Shown: positions 38,908 through 50,958, counted from the whole stretch's first letter. The stretch is 62,038 nucleotides of DNA, filler included, from Coriobacteriales bacterium (GCA_031263105.1; 6 parts of 6 records of this genome joined end to end with filler, not necessarily neighbours in it), one strand, 5' to 3'. Numbers and translations: made by a program. Notes: generated by a model not told the origin, from the sequence alone.

Positions 38908-38946
38908 GGAGGGCAGCACTTCCCTAGCGAAAGAAAGGGTTGTCGT

Positions 38947-39223
38947 GTGTTCACACCTCCACTGTCATCCCGAGCCCCACTGTCATCTACCCGAGCCCCA
39001 CTGTCATCCCGAGCCCCACTGTCATCTACCCGAGCCCCACTGTCATCCCGAGCCCCACTGTCATCCCGAGCCCCACTGTCATCCCGAGCTTGCCGAGGGA
39101 TCCTCGACCGCGCAAACGGTCGACTGCGGCCAGTTGGACACTGCGGGTCCAAGGGTTCCTCGGCTGCGGCGCTGCCCCTGGCAGCGTCTCCACTCGGAAT
39201 GACAGTGGGGTGTGAACAGTAAC
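38947..39223. repeat. TGTCAT-family element with tandem left-arm amplification
   Basis: 7 tandem CCCCACTGTCATC(TA)CCCGAG units; right end GGGGTGTGAACAGTAAC. Confidence 0.9.
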
Positions 39224-39237
39224 CGGAAAGGAATGCT

Positions 39238-40902
39238 ATGAATCGTTGGTATCCAGAAGCCGACCTCGTGATCAGGCATCCCAAGATCTATACCGTTGCC
39301 CTCACGTGCGAGGAGGTGAAGCAGGGCAGGCGGGACTTCCCGATCATCGAGGACGGTGGGGTCGCGTCAAAGGACGGACGGATCATAGCCGTGGGCAAGG
39401 CTCTGGAGATGGAGCCGCTCATCGGGCAGCACACCCAAGTGATCGATGCTCCCGGCAAAATGCTGCTCCCCGGCTTTGTCGAAAGCCACATGCACTGCAC
39501 GTGGACCGGAAACAACCTGCGCAACATCGACTTCCGCCCCGTCGTCAGCCGCGAGGAGGTCAAGCGCCTCATCAAGGAGCACGCCGACAGGGCCCCGGAC
39601 GGGGAGTGGGTGGTGGGCAACAGCTGGAACGAGCTGGTCTGGGACGACCCGGAGCCGCTCACCCTGGCAGAGCTCGACGAGATCTGCCCGAGCAACCCGC
39701 TGTTCTGCATGCGGACCTGCTTCCATACCGCGATGGTCAATTCCGTGGCGCTTGCGTGTGCGGGCATAACCCGTGACACGCCCGACCCCGAGGGCGGCAG
39801 CATCGGGCACGAGCCCGACGGCGGTCTCGACGGCTATCTGTTCGAGAACTCCGCCATGAGCCTGGTCCAGCGCATCATCGCCCCGCTGAGTGCCGAGCAG
39901 CGCATCGAGAGCGTGGAGGCGGTGGGCGCATACCTGAACTCCCTCGGCATCACCAGCGCCATCGATGCGAACCTGTCGTTCGACGAGATGCGCACCTATC
40001 TTGAGGCGAAGAAGCAGGGGCGCCTCTCCTATCGCGCCAACCTGATGTTCTATCTGGACTCCGCATACGGAGACATGGAGACCCACCTGCGCCGCCTCGA
40101 GGAGATGGACTGCGTGACCGGCTTCGGCGACGAGATGCTGAAGCTCAACGGCGTCAAGGTCACGCTCGATGGCATCCCGGCCACCTATACCGCGCTCATG
40201 CGGGAAGGCTACAAGACCCGTCCCGACTATCTTGGATGCAGCGTATGGACCCAGGAGGAGATCACCCGCTTCGTCTGCAAGGCGCAGGAACTGGGCTGGC
40301 AGTTCGGCATACACGCCATCGGCGACGCCGCAGAGGACATGGCTCTCAACGCCTTTGAGGAGGCCGACAAGATAAGCCCCGTTTGGGACCGTCGCCACTA
40401 CCTTATCCACTACCAGTTCCCCCGCGACGACCAGTGGGAACGCATGAGGCGGCTCAACGTGGGCGTCACTGTGCAGCCCACGCTGGTCTCCACGATGGGC
40501 GAGGCCCCTCAGTTCTATGAGGAGCAGGCCGAGCGCATCCAGTCGCCGGGGCTGATGTTCAAGAACGGGATCATCTGCGGCGGCGGCTCCGATAGCCCCG
40601 TCGTCCCTCCCGATCCGGTGATGGGGATGTATTACGCCATCACGCGCCTCGACGAGACGACCGGAAACACTTTGTCCCGAGGCGACGAGTCGAAGGTGAG
40701 CCCGCTTGAGGCTTTGATCATGTGGACCAAGAACGCCGCGTTCTTCCTGCACGACGACGACAGACTGGGATCCATCGAAGTGGGGAACCTGGCCGACTTT
40801 GCCCTGTTCCCCAGCGACTTCATATCCGACGACGTAGAGGCGTATCGCACGGCGAAGGTTGAGAAGACGATCCTGGGCGGCACGGTCGTCTACGAGGCCT
40901 GA
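39238..40902 (+). CDS. Amidohydrolase family 3 (YtcJ-like) metallohydrolase
   Basis: LPGFVESHMH, GVKVTLDG, IHAIGD, GSDSPV, GSIEVGNLADF. Confidence 0.9.
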   Translation: MNRWYPEADLVIRHPKIYTVALTCEEVKQGRRDFPIIEDGGVASKDGRIIAVGKALEMEPLIGQHTQVIDAPGKMLLPGFVESHMHCTWTGNNLRNIDFRPVVSREEVKRLIKEHADRAPDGEWVVGNSWNELVWDDPEPLTLAELDEICPSNPLFCMRTCFHTAMVNSVALACAGITRDTPDPEGGSIGHEPDGGLDGYLFENSAMSLVQRIIAPLSAEQRIESVEAVGAYLNSLGITSAIDANLSFDEMRTYLEAKKQGRLSYRANLMFYLDSAYGDMETHLRRLEEMDCVTGFGDEMLKLNGVKVTLDGIPATYTALMREGYKTRPDYLGCSVWTQEEITRFVCKAQELGWQFGIHAIGDAAEDMALNAFEEADKISPVWDRRHYLIHYQFPRDDQWERMRRLNVGVTVQPTLVSTMGEAPQFYEEQAERIQSPGLMFKNGIICGGGSDSPVVPPDPVMGMYYAITRLDETTGNTLSRGDESKVSPLEALIMWTKNAAFFLHDDDRLGSIEVGNLADFALFPSDFISDDVEAYRTAKVEKTILGGTVVYEA

Positions 40903-40990
40903 GAGCAGAGTTCAAGAGAGGCTGTCCTTTCGGCGGCGTGCGCGGGAAGTCCCTGGGCGCATCGCGGAAGGGCGGTCTCATTGTTTTCCG

Positions 40991-41326
40991 GTTACCGTTC
41001 GCACCCCGCTGTCATCCCGAGCCTGCCGAGGGATCCTTGGGTTCGAGCGCCCGGAAAACACATCGCGTTTTCAGCGAGAACGGCGCGACAGTCCAGCGGG
41101 CTGTCGCGGGGCGAAGCTGCGTTGGGAAACAGCACAGTGTGCTGTTTCCGGGCGAAGCTGCGAAGCAGCGGGTGAGCCCCTGAGCGGGTGAACCCATGGA
41201 ACCGACAGGCCCACGGAACGCAAAGCAGCCGACCGCAGGCCGAGGCGCATCCGCCTACAGTCGACCGCTTGCGCGGCCGAAGATCCCGCGGCTGGTTCGG
41301 GATGACAGCGGGGTGCGAACGGTGAT
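40991..41326. repeat. Long composite TGTCAT-family element
   Basis: GTTACCGTTCGCACCCCGCTGTCATCCCGA ... TCGGGATGACAGCGGGGTGCGAACGGTGAT. Confidence 0.88.
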
Positions 41327-41349
41327 TTTTTTTGAGGAGTTTGTGACAC

Positions 41350-42540
41350 ATGAACGCAAGAAAGGCATGGGCCGTCGCACTGGCGACCATTTTCGCCGGC
41401 GTCGCGCTGGCCCTGGTCCAAAACAAGGTGGCCCCCTGCATGACGACCCTGATGGAGGCCTTCGACATCGACATGGCACAGGCGGGCTGGCTGAGCTCGC
41501 TGTTCTCCCTCGTCGGCATCGTCATGGCCATCCCGGCCTCCCTTGTCCTGAACAGGCTGGGACCCAAGAAAAGCGGCATCGGGGCCCTGGCGTGCGCGTT
41601 GGCGGGCTCGCTCATCGGTGTCTTCACCGAGAGCGCGGCGGTTCTCGCGGTGAGCCGCGTCATCGAGGGCGTCGGTGTCGGCCTTATCGCCGTCATCGGG
41701 CCCGCGCTTATCGCGATGTGGTTCCCCGAGGCAAAGCGCGGGCTCCCCATGAGCATCTGGGGCGCCTATCAGATGGGGGCCCAGGCGGCCATGTTCTTTC
41801 TCGGAGCCGTGCTTACGACGAGTTTTGGCTGGCAGGGCATGTGGTGGTTCGCCTTTGCCGTGAGCCTGGTCGCCCTGGTCTTCTATGTCCTCTGCGTCAG
41901 GAGCCCTCGCCCTGAGGACAGTCACGCCGATGTGGAGAACAGCGGCGTCTCGTTGGCCGAAGGCCTGAAGTCGAGGTCTGCATGGCTGCTCTCGCTGGTC
42001 ACGATGCTGTTCAGCCTCGGATGCTTCGGCTTCGTGAACTGGATCGCCACGTGTTGGACGGAGACCTTCGGCTGGAGCGAGGGCGAGGCCAACATGTGGG
42101 TAGGGTATTTCTCCATAGGAGGGGTCATCGCCGCCGTCATCATCGGGGCCTTGCTCAACAAAGTGAGGAATCGCAGGCGCTTCGGCATGGTCGCCCTTGT
42201 CGCCTATGGCATCATATCGCTTGTCGGCATGATGATGCCGGACCCGCTGCTCATCGTCGCCTTCGTCGTGGTCTATGCGTTCGCCGACGCCGGCTTCCCC
42301 TGTGTCCTGTGGACGATGACGGCCCAGAGCGTCGAGAGGCCCGAGTTCGTCGGCATCGCATTGGGCATCGTCTGCATCGGCTTCAATCTGGGGGTCCTGC
42401 TGGGCCCTCCGATCATCGGTGGTGTCGTGGAGGCCTTCGGCTGGAACGTCGGGGCCGCAGCGATCTGCGGCGTCTGCCTCCTTGCGACCGTGGCCCTGCG
42501 CTTCGTCAAGATATACCACGCCGACGAACCCGCCGCATGA
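41350..42540 (+). CDS. MFS transporter (paralog of 37684-38907)
   Basis: About 12 TM helices, SRVIEGVG, AMWFPEAKRGLPMSIW. Confidence 0.92.
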   Translation: MNARKAWAVALATIFAGVALALVQNKVAPCMTTLMEAFDIDMAQAGWLSSLFSLVGIVMAIPASLVLNRLGPKKSGIGALACALAGSLIGVFTESAAVLAVSRVIEGVGVGLIAVIGPALIAMWFPEAKRGLPMSIWGAYQMGAQAAMFFLGAVLTTSFGWQGMWWFAFAVSLVALVFYVLCVRSPRPEDSHADVENSGVSLAEGLKSRSAWLLSLVTMLFSLGCFGFVNWIATCWTETFGWSEGEANMWVGYFSIGGVIAAVIIGALLNKVRNRRRFGMVALVAYGIISLVGMMMPDPLLIVAFVVVYAFADAGFPCVLWTMTAQSVERPEFVGIALGIVCIGFNLGVLLGPPIIGGVVEAFGWNVGAAAICGVCLLATVALRFVKIYHADEPAA

Positions 42541-42576
42541 CCTGCGGGACGGGGGTGAGCGGGAGCGCCCCCGGGT

Positions 42577-42858
42577 GTTACTGTACACACCCCACTGTCA
42601 TTCCGAGTCCTTCGGCTGCGCTCAGGATAAACTCCGCCGAGGAATCTTCGGCTGCGAAGCAGCCGACTGCGGGCAGACGCGTCCCCCCCGGCCGCAGTTG
42701 GGCGCTGACGTGTTCCGTGGGCCTGTCGCGCCGTCCTCGCTGAAAACGCGGTGCGTTTTCCGGGCGCTCGGACCCAAGGATTCCTCGACGGAGTTTATCC
42801 TGAGCGCAGAGAAGGACCTTCGCTGCGCTCGAAACGACAGTGGGGTGTGTACAGTAAC
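42577..42858. mobile_element. MITE-like composite element
   Basis: GTTACTGTACACACCCC / GGGGTGTGTACAGTAAC ends; CCCCGGGT at 42569-42576 and 42860-42867 (1-nt offset). Confidence 0.8.
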
Positions 42859-42898
42859 ACCCCGGGTCGGCGGCTATCGTTCGGCCATCTGGCGGGAG

Positions 42899-44692
<1,794 letters not shown>

Positions 44693-44853
44693 AGAGACCA
44701 GCTCCTCTATTTACAAACGCGGATTTCGAGGATCGGAAAACCTCGTAAAATGGCCTATGAGCGATTGTAAATTCTACGTCTGAACAGTAGAATTGTACCA
44801 TAATCCAGACTCGTTGACAGCGTGCGCGCACAGCACTATCAGGGGCACCGCAC

Positions 44854-45124
44854 GGGAACGTTACTGGGAACGTTACTGGGAACGTTACTGTTCTCACCCC
44901 ACTGTCATCCCGAGCCTGTCGAGGGATCCTCGGCCGCGCAAGCGGTCGACCGCAGGCCGAAGGACCCACTGACCTGCCGTTGGACACTGCGTGTCCAAAG
45001 ATTCCTCGGCGGAGCTCGGAATGACAGTGGTGCGAACAGTAACACACGCCCACTGTCATTCCGAGCGCAGCGAAGCGGAGCCGAGGAATCTTCGGTTGCG
45101 AAGCAGTGGGGTGTGAGCTGTAAC
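44854..45124. repeat. Tandem GGGAACGTTACT x3 plus two TGTCAT-family elements
   Basis: Elements at 44884-45043 and 45044-45124, ending GGGGTGTGAGCTGTAAC. Confidence 0.85.
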
Positions 45125-45147
45125 TAGGCAGGAGCAGGGGGTATTCG

Positions 45148-46554
45148 TTGGCCGACGCGCATATGGGCATGACACAGGAGCCGCAGGTGCGGCTGCGCCT
45201 CTCGGTGGAGGCACGGCAGGGGATCGGCCTGCTTGCGCTCTCCGTCCTTGAGCTCAACGAGCATATCGCCAACAGCCTTGAGGAGAACGTGTTCTTAGAA
45301 CACGACGAGCGTGACCTGCGCAGGCATCCTCTTGACCCCGATGCCATCGAGATGAACGTCAGGACCGAGAGCCTGCTCGCCCGCATGCAGAGAAGCAATG
45401 TCGGCATCGCGGGAGGGAGCTACGGGGAGATACGCCGCGAGTTCCCCTTCGAGAAGTACATGACCGAACAGCAGACGCTCGAGGCGCATCTGGGCGGGCT
45501 GCTTGCGCAGGAGCTGCGCAACGGCCTGGACAGGACGATAGGGGAGTACCTCATCGGGAACATCGATGCGGCAGGCTATCTGCGCATCGGACTCGATGAG
45601 GTGGCGGCGCAGTTCGAGGTCTCAGGCGGACGTGTCGAGCAGGTGCTTCATGCCCTACAGGCCTGTGCGCCTGCGGGGATCGGGGCGCGCAGCGTCGAGG
45701 AGTGCCTGCTTCTGCAGCTTGAGGCCGCAGGGCAGGCGGATGCCACGACGCGCCGCATCGTTCAGGAACATCTGCAGGATCTCGCCGCTGGTCACGTCGC
45801 GCAGGTGGCGGCGAGGCTCGGGGTCGGGCCCGGGGACGTCCAACGGGCCTTCGACCTGATCCGCGCCTGCGACCCGCATCCGGGACTGCAGTTCTCCGAC
45901 GGGCACCGTCAGGCGCTCTGCCCCGAGGCCTTTGTCGAGCGCGACGGAGCGGCCTGGGTCGTGCGCATGCAGGACTTCGACCTGCCGCAGCTCAGGCTCA
46001 GCGAGGAATACCTCAAGATGATCGACGACCCGCACATCGACCCCCAGGCCGCGCACTATCTTGCGCGACAGCTGCGTGCCGCCCAAGGGCTGATGACGGG
46101 CATCGAGCAACGCAAATCGACCATCTTTCAGGTCGCGGCCTGTATCGTCGCGCGACAGCAGGAGTTCTTCGACAAGGGGATCGAGCACCTCCAGCCCCTG
46201 ACCATGGCCCAGGTGGCCGATCAGGCAGGGGTCTCGGAATCGACCGTCAGCCGTGTGGTCAACGGGAAGTACATCCAGACGCCTCATGGCACTTTGGAAA
46301 TGCGCTCGTTCTTCCACTCGGGGGTCGGCTCGACAGGGCGCGGCCCGACGGCGAGCGAGGACGTCTCGTCCCAGGCGGTCAAGCACCGCATCCAGACCCT
46401 GATAGCCGAGGAGGACCCGACGCACCCTTTGAGCGACCAGGCGCTACAGGACGCCCTCGCCGCCTGCGGTATCGAACTCTCCCGTCGCACGGTCAACAAG
46501 TATCGCAAAAGCCTGAACATCCCCTCCCGCGCCCAGCGCAGACGCGGCGGCTAG
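45148..46554 (+). CDS. rpoN: RNA polymerase sigma-54 factor
   Basis: Region I (LL.LS..EL...I...LEENVFLE), PAGIGARSVEECLLLQL, HTH GVSESTVSRVVNGKY, RpoN box SRRTVNKYR; start may be 45163 or 45170. Confidence 0.95.
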   Translation: MADAHMGMTQEPQVRLRLSVEARQGIGLLALSVLELNEHIANSLEENVFLEHDERDLRRHPLDPDAIEMNVRTESLLARMQRSNVGIAGGSYGEIRREFPFEKYMTEQQTLEAHLGGLLAQELRNGLDRTIGEYLIGNIDAAGYLRIGLDEVAAQFEVSGGRVEQVLHALQACAPAGIGARSVEECLLLQLEAAGQADATTRRIVQEHLQDLAAGHVAQVAARLGVGPGDVQRAFDLIRACDPHPGLQFSDGHRQALCPEAFVERDGAAWVVRMQDFDLPQLRLSEEYLKMIDDPHIDPQAAHYLARQLRAAQGLMTGIEQRKSTIFQVAACIVARQQEFFDKGIEHLQPLTMAQVADQAGVSESTVSRVVNGKYIQTPHGTLEMRSFFHSGVGSTGRGPTASEDVSSQAVKHRIQTLIAEEDPTHPLSDQALQDALAACGIELSRRTVNKYRKSLNIPSRAQRRRGG

Positions 46555-46780
46555 GTTACACGTCACACCCCACTCATTCCGGCCCCCACTGTAATCCCGG
46601 CCCCCACTGTAATCCCGAGCCCCACTGTAATCCCGAGCCCCACTGTCATTCCGAGCCTGTCGAGGAATCCTCGGCCGCGCAAGCGGCCGACCGCAGGTCG
46701 AAGGGCCCCCTGGCCTGCCGTTGGACACTGCGTGTCCAAGGATTCCTCGGCGGAGCTCGGAATGACAGTGGGGGTGTGAC
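46555..46780. repeat. TGTCAT-family element with tandem arm units
   Basis: GTTACACGTCACACCCC left end immediately after the rpoN stop; right arm GCTCGGAATGACAGTGGGGGTGTGACG. Confidence 0.88.
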
Positions 46781-46796
46781 GGCTGGCCCTGAACGC

Positions 46797-47045
46797 CAAA
46801 GCGGCCCTGCTGTCGCCTGATGAGGGAGGTAGAAGGCGAGAGAAGGGCCGCTCTGTTTTGCCGAGTCAGTCAGAAAGGGGAATACGACAAGGCATGGGGA
46901 AGGAGGTTCAGGAGTCGGGACGGAATGCAGGAAAGAAAGGATACGGGATGAATCACAAGGAGGAAGAACCAACCCAAGGGGACACGCTGCATTCCGACCC
47001 GACTTCAGTGAAAGGAGCAAAGAACCACGTTCCTTCCCACCAAGG
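46797..47045. ncRNA. Candidate structured non-coding RNA
   Basis: Nested stems 46897-46909/47022-47038 and 46911-46930/46987-47006, hairpin 46800-46852, strong purine/pyrimidine strand asymmetry; strand unresolved. Confidence 0.45.
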
Positions 47046-47167
47046 ACAATCTTACGCGCCCATTATCCGCTTGTGGTCAGGCAGATGTCAGGGACTTGTA
47101 AAAACCTGCGTCCTGCCTTCCTCCAGAACCACCGCTCTCTTTGTCCGACCTCCGCCCCGCCCCGGGC

Positions 47168-48514
47168 TCAGTAGCGCAGCAGGTTGAAGCCCATGCAGCG
47201 CAGGGTGTTGGGGTCGAGATAGAGGATAAAGCGCTCGCCGCTGGGGAGGTCGTAGATATAGAGCAGGAAGTCGGCCGTTGCGAACGGCACGGGGGTCAGC
47301 GCCGTGTATTCGACTTCGGGGAGCTCCTCGGCCTCCGCAGGCTGGAGGGGAAGCAGCGCCGTGTAGGGATAGCCGTAGCGGTGCTCGTAGGTCAGCTCCA
47401 GTTGTCTGAAGGCCAGGAACAGCTCAGGCTGGTCGAAGACCTTTGCCTCGCGCGCGGTCGCGTAGGAGAAGGACCAGAGATGTGCGTCCTCGGTCACCGG
47501 CGGATGGTCGAGGGCCGACTGGACGTCTCGTGCAACCAAGGTCGCCAGTGTGGCGAGCGCCCCACCGGATGCGCCGCCGTCCCGTCCAGAGCTGCCTGCC
47601 TCCTCTCCGTTTGCGGGCACGGCGTCCGTGCCTTGCCCTTCGGTGCCGGTCTGGGCGGCATCCCCTGTCTCCGTGTCGCCCTGCCCGGGGTCGCGTGTCT
47701 CGCCATCCGCGCCCGCGCCGTCCGTCCCGCTCCCGTCGGCCGTGCCGGCCCCGGCCCCTGCGTCCTCCGTGCCTCCGGTGCCCTCGCCCCCCTCGGCACC
47801 CCCGGTACCCCCGGTGCCCTCGCCCCCCTCGGTATCCTCAACAGGCTCATGCTCCTGCTCCTTCTCCGCAGGCGGGGCAGCGGCGACCCCTATCGGTTTC
47901 TCGACCGAGACGGAGTCCCATTGCGAGGAGACGAGGAGCAGGGAGATGAGGTTGCCCTCAAGGTCGGTCGCACAACGGATGTCCGCCCGCCCGTCAAGGT
48001 CGATGTCTGCGTCGACGAGCACATAACAGCCGGGTTCGGCGGTGTCGCGCGGCTCAAGGTACTGGAACAGGCCGAGGATCTGTGCGCGATAGGCCTCGTC
48101 GCTGGGCACGGCCCCGTCCTCGTCCGGCTCCGGCTGCATGCCGTGGTCGCGCAGGGTCGCGATGAGGAAGTCCGGGATCCCCCTCCTTTCGAGGACGTTG
48201 CGGTCCGCAGGCGAGAGGGGCGCGAGCAGCTCCTCCTCATAGAGGTTCCAAGGATACAGGGTCACCGGCTCCTCGAAGACATGTTGCGAGATCTCGTTCT
48301 CCGGTGGCGCGACGAGCTGGATCACCTCGTCGCGGTACAGGTCGAGATAGGGAAACAGCAGGGTCGGTAGCAGAAAGCCCGCCGCGATGATGACGCCGGC
48401 GACCAACAGGGTCATCAGGTTGCTGGTGAGGTTGTAGCGCCGTTGGCTGGGGCTTTTCGCAGCCACCTGTGCCCCCTCCGCCTGCGTGCCCCGCGTCTGC
48501 TCCTGCTCAGGCAT
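47168..48514 (-). CDS. Hypothetical membrane-anchored protein with G/T/E-rich linker
   Basis: Single N-terminal TM helix; coupled to the upstream kinase; GC-rich codon pattern. Confidence 0.75.
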   Translation of the reverse strand: MPEQEQTRGTQAEGAQVAAKSPSQRRYNLTSNLMTLLVAGVIIAAGFLLPTLLFPYLDLYRDEVIQLVAPPENEISQHVFEEPVTLYPWNLYEEELLAPLSPADRNVLERRGIPDFLIATLRDHGMQPEPDEDGAVPSDEAYRAQILGLFQYLEPRDTAEPGCYVLVDADIDLDGRADIRCATDLEGNLISLLLVSSQWDSVSVEKPIGVAAAPPAEKEQEHEPVEDTEGGEGTGGTGGAEGGEGTGGTEDAGAGAGTADGSGTDGAGADGETRDPGQGDTETGDAAQTGTEGQGTDAVPANGEEAGSSGRDGGASGGALATLATLVARDVQSALDHPPVTEDAHLWSFSYATAREAKVFDQPELFLAFRQLELTYEHRYGYPYTALLPLQPAEAEELPEVEYTALTPVPFATADFLLYIYDLPSGERFILYLDPNTLRCMGFNLLRY

Positions 48515-49937
48515 GGGCGCTCGCCGCCTGCAGGGCGATGCTCACGCGGGTGCCCTCGCCGGGTGCGCTGTCGATGCGCAGCTCCGTCCCGTGTGCACGC
48601 GCTATCTCCGAACAGAGGGCAAGACCGAGCCCTGCACCGCCATGCTTGCGGGTGCGTGCCTTGTCGAGCATGTAGAACGGCTCGGTGAGCAGGGGAATCT
48701 GCTCCTTGGGTATCCCCACGCCCTCGTCTGCGACCGTGACTGTGACCGTGTCCGCCTGCGCGTCGATGCGCAGGCGGATGGTGCTTCGCGGCCCTGATGC
48801 CTTGATGCTGTTGTCGACGAGGTTGAAGATGAGGGACTTGAGGAGCTCGTGGTCGACGGCCATCCAGACGTCCTCGGCGGGCAGCGTGTAGACGAGGTCG
48901 ATGCCCTGGTTCTTGAGGATGGGCTGCAAGGTGGTGGCCAGTTCCGTGACGAGGGCGTGGGCCTCGACGGCCTCGGTGCTTATCTGCATGCTCCCCACGG
49001 TGATCAGCTCCATCAGCTTCCCGGAGAGCCCTTGGAGCCGCTTGGTCTCGCTGACGATGACGTTCGCGTACTCGATGCGGTCGTCGTCGCTGACGTCGCG
49101 CTTGACGCGCAGGATGTCGGCGAAGCCGAGGATGGAGGTCAGCGGCGTGCGCATCTCGTGGGCGAGGTTGCCGATGAACATGCGGCGCGACTCGGCAAGC
49201 TGTTCCAGCTCGGTGATGTTGTGCTCGATCGAGTCCGCCATCGTGTTGAGATCGCGCGCGACCTCGGAAAGCTCGTCGTGCCCCTGCACGGTGGCGCGTT
49301 TGTCGAGGTCACCGCTCGCTATGCGGTGAGTGGTGCCGCTCAGGTTGCGCAGCGGCAGCAGCAGGCCCCTCACCAGCAGCAGGAGCAGCCCGGCGACGAT
49401 GAGCGCCGAGATGGTGCCGACGAAGCGCACTTGGCTGAAGTCTGCACGGAACAGGTCGTAGGTCGAGCTGACGTCGAAGGAGCTGAGGAGACGGAAGCTC
49501 CGCTCGCCCAAGGTGAGCGTCGAGACGAGCAGGAGCCTGGTCTGCTCGCCGTCCTCGGCGATCGAGGAAGCGTAGTCCGCCTCGCCAAGAAGCGCGGCAC
49601 TGCCTGCGGGCGTGCCCCGGCCTGCGGGGTACACGACCGTCTCCCCATCGAAGAGCGCAACCTCAAGGGCCTCGTCGCTGCCTTGGCGCTCAAGGACCTC
49701 CACGACGACGGCCATGGTCGCCTCGTCGGACAGCGAGATGATGCGCTCCACGAGCTGCGTGTAGATGAGGGTGTTCTGGATCTCGGTTATGAGGTAGCTG
49801 TGCCGCGCGAGCGCGTTCTGCTGCTCGCGCTCGATGGCGAGGCGGTGGTTGCTGGTGAGGAGGGCGAGCGAGGTCACGTTGACCACGATGATGACGAGGG
49901 CGAGCGCAAGCAGGAAGATCTTCTGCCAGAGCTTCAC
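48507..49937 (-). CDS. HAMP-domain sensor histidine kinase
   Basis: Two TM helices, HAMP, AHEMRTPL, NLVDNSIK, DEGVG, GAGLGL. Confidence 0.94.
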   Translation of the reverse strand: MKLWQKIFLLALALVIIVVNVTSLALLTSNHRLAIEREQQNALARHSYLITEIQNTLIYTQLVERIISLSDEATMAVVVEVLERQGSDEALEVALFDGETVVYPAGRGTPAGSAALLGEADYASSIAEDGEQTRLLLVSTLTLGERSFRLLSSFDVSSTYDLFRADFSQVRFVGTISALIVAGLLLLLVRGLLLPLRNLSGTTHRIASGDLDKRATVQGHDELSEVARDLNTMADSIEHNITELEQLAESRRMFIGNLAHEMRTPLTSILGFADILRVKRDVSDDDRIEYANVIVSETKRLQGLSGKLMELITVGSMQISTEAVEAHALVTELATTLQPILKNQGIDLVYTLPAEDVWMAVDHELLKSLIFNLVDNSIKASGPRSTIRLRIDAQADTVTVTVADEGVGIPKEQIPLLTEPFYMLDKARTRKHGGAGLGLALCSEIARAHGTELRIDSAPGEGTRVSIALQAASAHA

Positions 49938-49989
49938 GGCTCACACGTCCCTGCAGCCGGTTGTGTGCGTATGCAGGCATGAGGGTGTC

Positions 49990-50700
49990 TCACGAGTCCC
50001 CCGGGTTCTCGCAGGAGGGTTTCTGGCTTTCGAGCCGATAGCCGAGGCGCGGGATGGTGAGAAGGGAGTCATGGAGCCCGAGCTTCTTGCGCAGCTGCTG
50101 CACATGGGTATCGACCGTGCGCGTCTCCCCGCCGAAGCTGTAGCCCCAGACGGCGGAGAGCAGCCGCTCGCGCGTGAGGGCGATATCGACGTTGCGGATG
50201 AAGAACACGAGCAGGTCGAACTCTTTGGGCGTGAGTATGACGGCATCACCGTCGAGGGTGACCTCGTGCTTGTCCACCTCGACGGTGATGCCCTGGTAGC
50301 TCAAGGCGACCGTTCCATGGTGCGTGCGTCTGAGCGCGACCTCGATCCGCGCAAGCAGCTCGACCGCCTCGAAGGGCTTGACGATGTAGTCCTCCGCCCC
50401 CATCCGCAGGCCCTTGACCTTGCTCGGCACGTCGTCCATCGCGGTGAGGAAGATGACGGGCGTGGGGTTCTCCCCCTTGCCTTCGAAGACCTGGAAGCCG
50501 TCGAGTTTGGGGAGCATGACGTCGAGGAGGACAAGGTCGTAGTCCCCGCTCGATATCTCGGCAAGGGCGCTTTGCCCGTCGCCGCAGACGCTGCTCGTAT
50601 AGCCGCCTATGCTCAGCGTCGCCTCTATCATATGGGCGATGTTCTCGTCGTCCTCCACAATGAGGACATGCGGCTGTGTATGCGTATGTGGCTGCGGCAC
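49990..50700 (-). CDS. OmpR-family response regulator
   Basis: VLIVEDD, LDVMLP, DYIVKPF, RTVDTHV, GYRLE; GTG start after GAAGGGAG. Confidence 0.93.
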   Translation of the reverse strand: MPQPHTHTQPHVLIVEDDENIAHMIEATLSIGGYTSSVCGDGQSALAEISSGDYDLVLLDVMLPKLDGFQVFEGKGENPTPVIFLTAMDDVPSKVKGLRMGAEDYIVKPFEAVELLARIEVALRRTHHGTVALSYQGITVEVDKHEVTLDGDAVILTPKEFDLLVFFIRNVDIALTRERLLSAVWGYSFGGETRTVDTHVQQLRKKLGLHDSLLTIPRLGYRLESQKPSCENPGDS

Positions 50701-50796
50701 CAGAGGGCTCCCTTCATGGATGTCTCCATTGTAACCCAGCGCATGGCAAAAGCGCGTCGCGCCCTTGACAGTGGGGTGTGAACTGGAGCTCACAGA

Positions 50797-50958
50797 GTTG
50801 CTGTTCACGCCTCCACTGTCATTCTGAGCGGAGCGCCCGCAAGGGCGCGCAGCGTGAGAATCCTCGGGCACGCAGTGCCCGACTGGCCCGGTTGGGCGCT
50901 GGTGCGTCCAAAGATTCCTCGGCTTCGCTCGGAATGACAGTGGGGTGTGAACAGTATC
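50797..50958. mobile_element. MITE-like palindromic element with 8-bp target-site duplication
   Basis: GTTGCTGTTCACGCC...GGGGTGTGAACAGTATC flanked by CTCACAGA at 50789-50796 and 50959-50966. Confidence 0.85.

Noticed and set aside
38947..39090. Tandem arrays (also 1-120, 33109-33220, 53992-54250) as a possible CRISPR array
   Set aside because: Units are contiguous with no unique spacers, no cas genes are present, and they are arm units of the palindromic repeat family.
38940..39222. PHCHPE / PLSSRA / TVIPS repeat peptides in many small ORFs
   Set aside because: These are translations of the non-coding repeat arms in different frames, with no RBS support.
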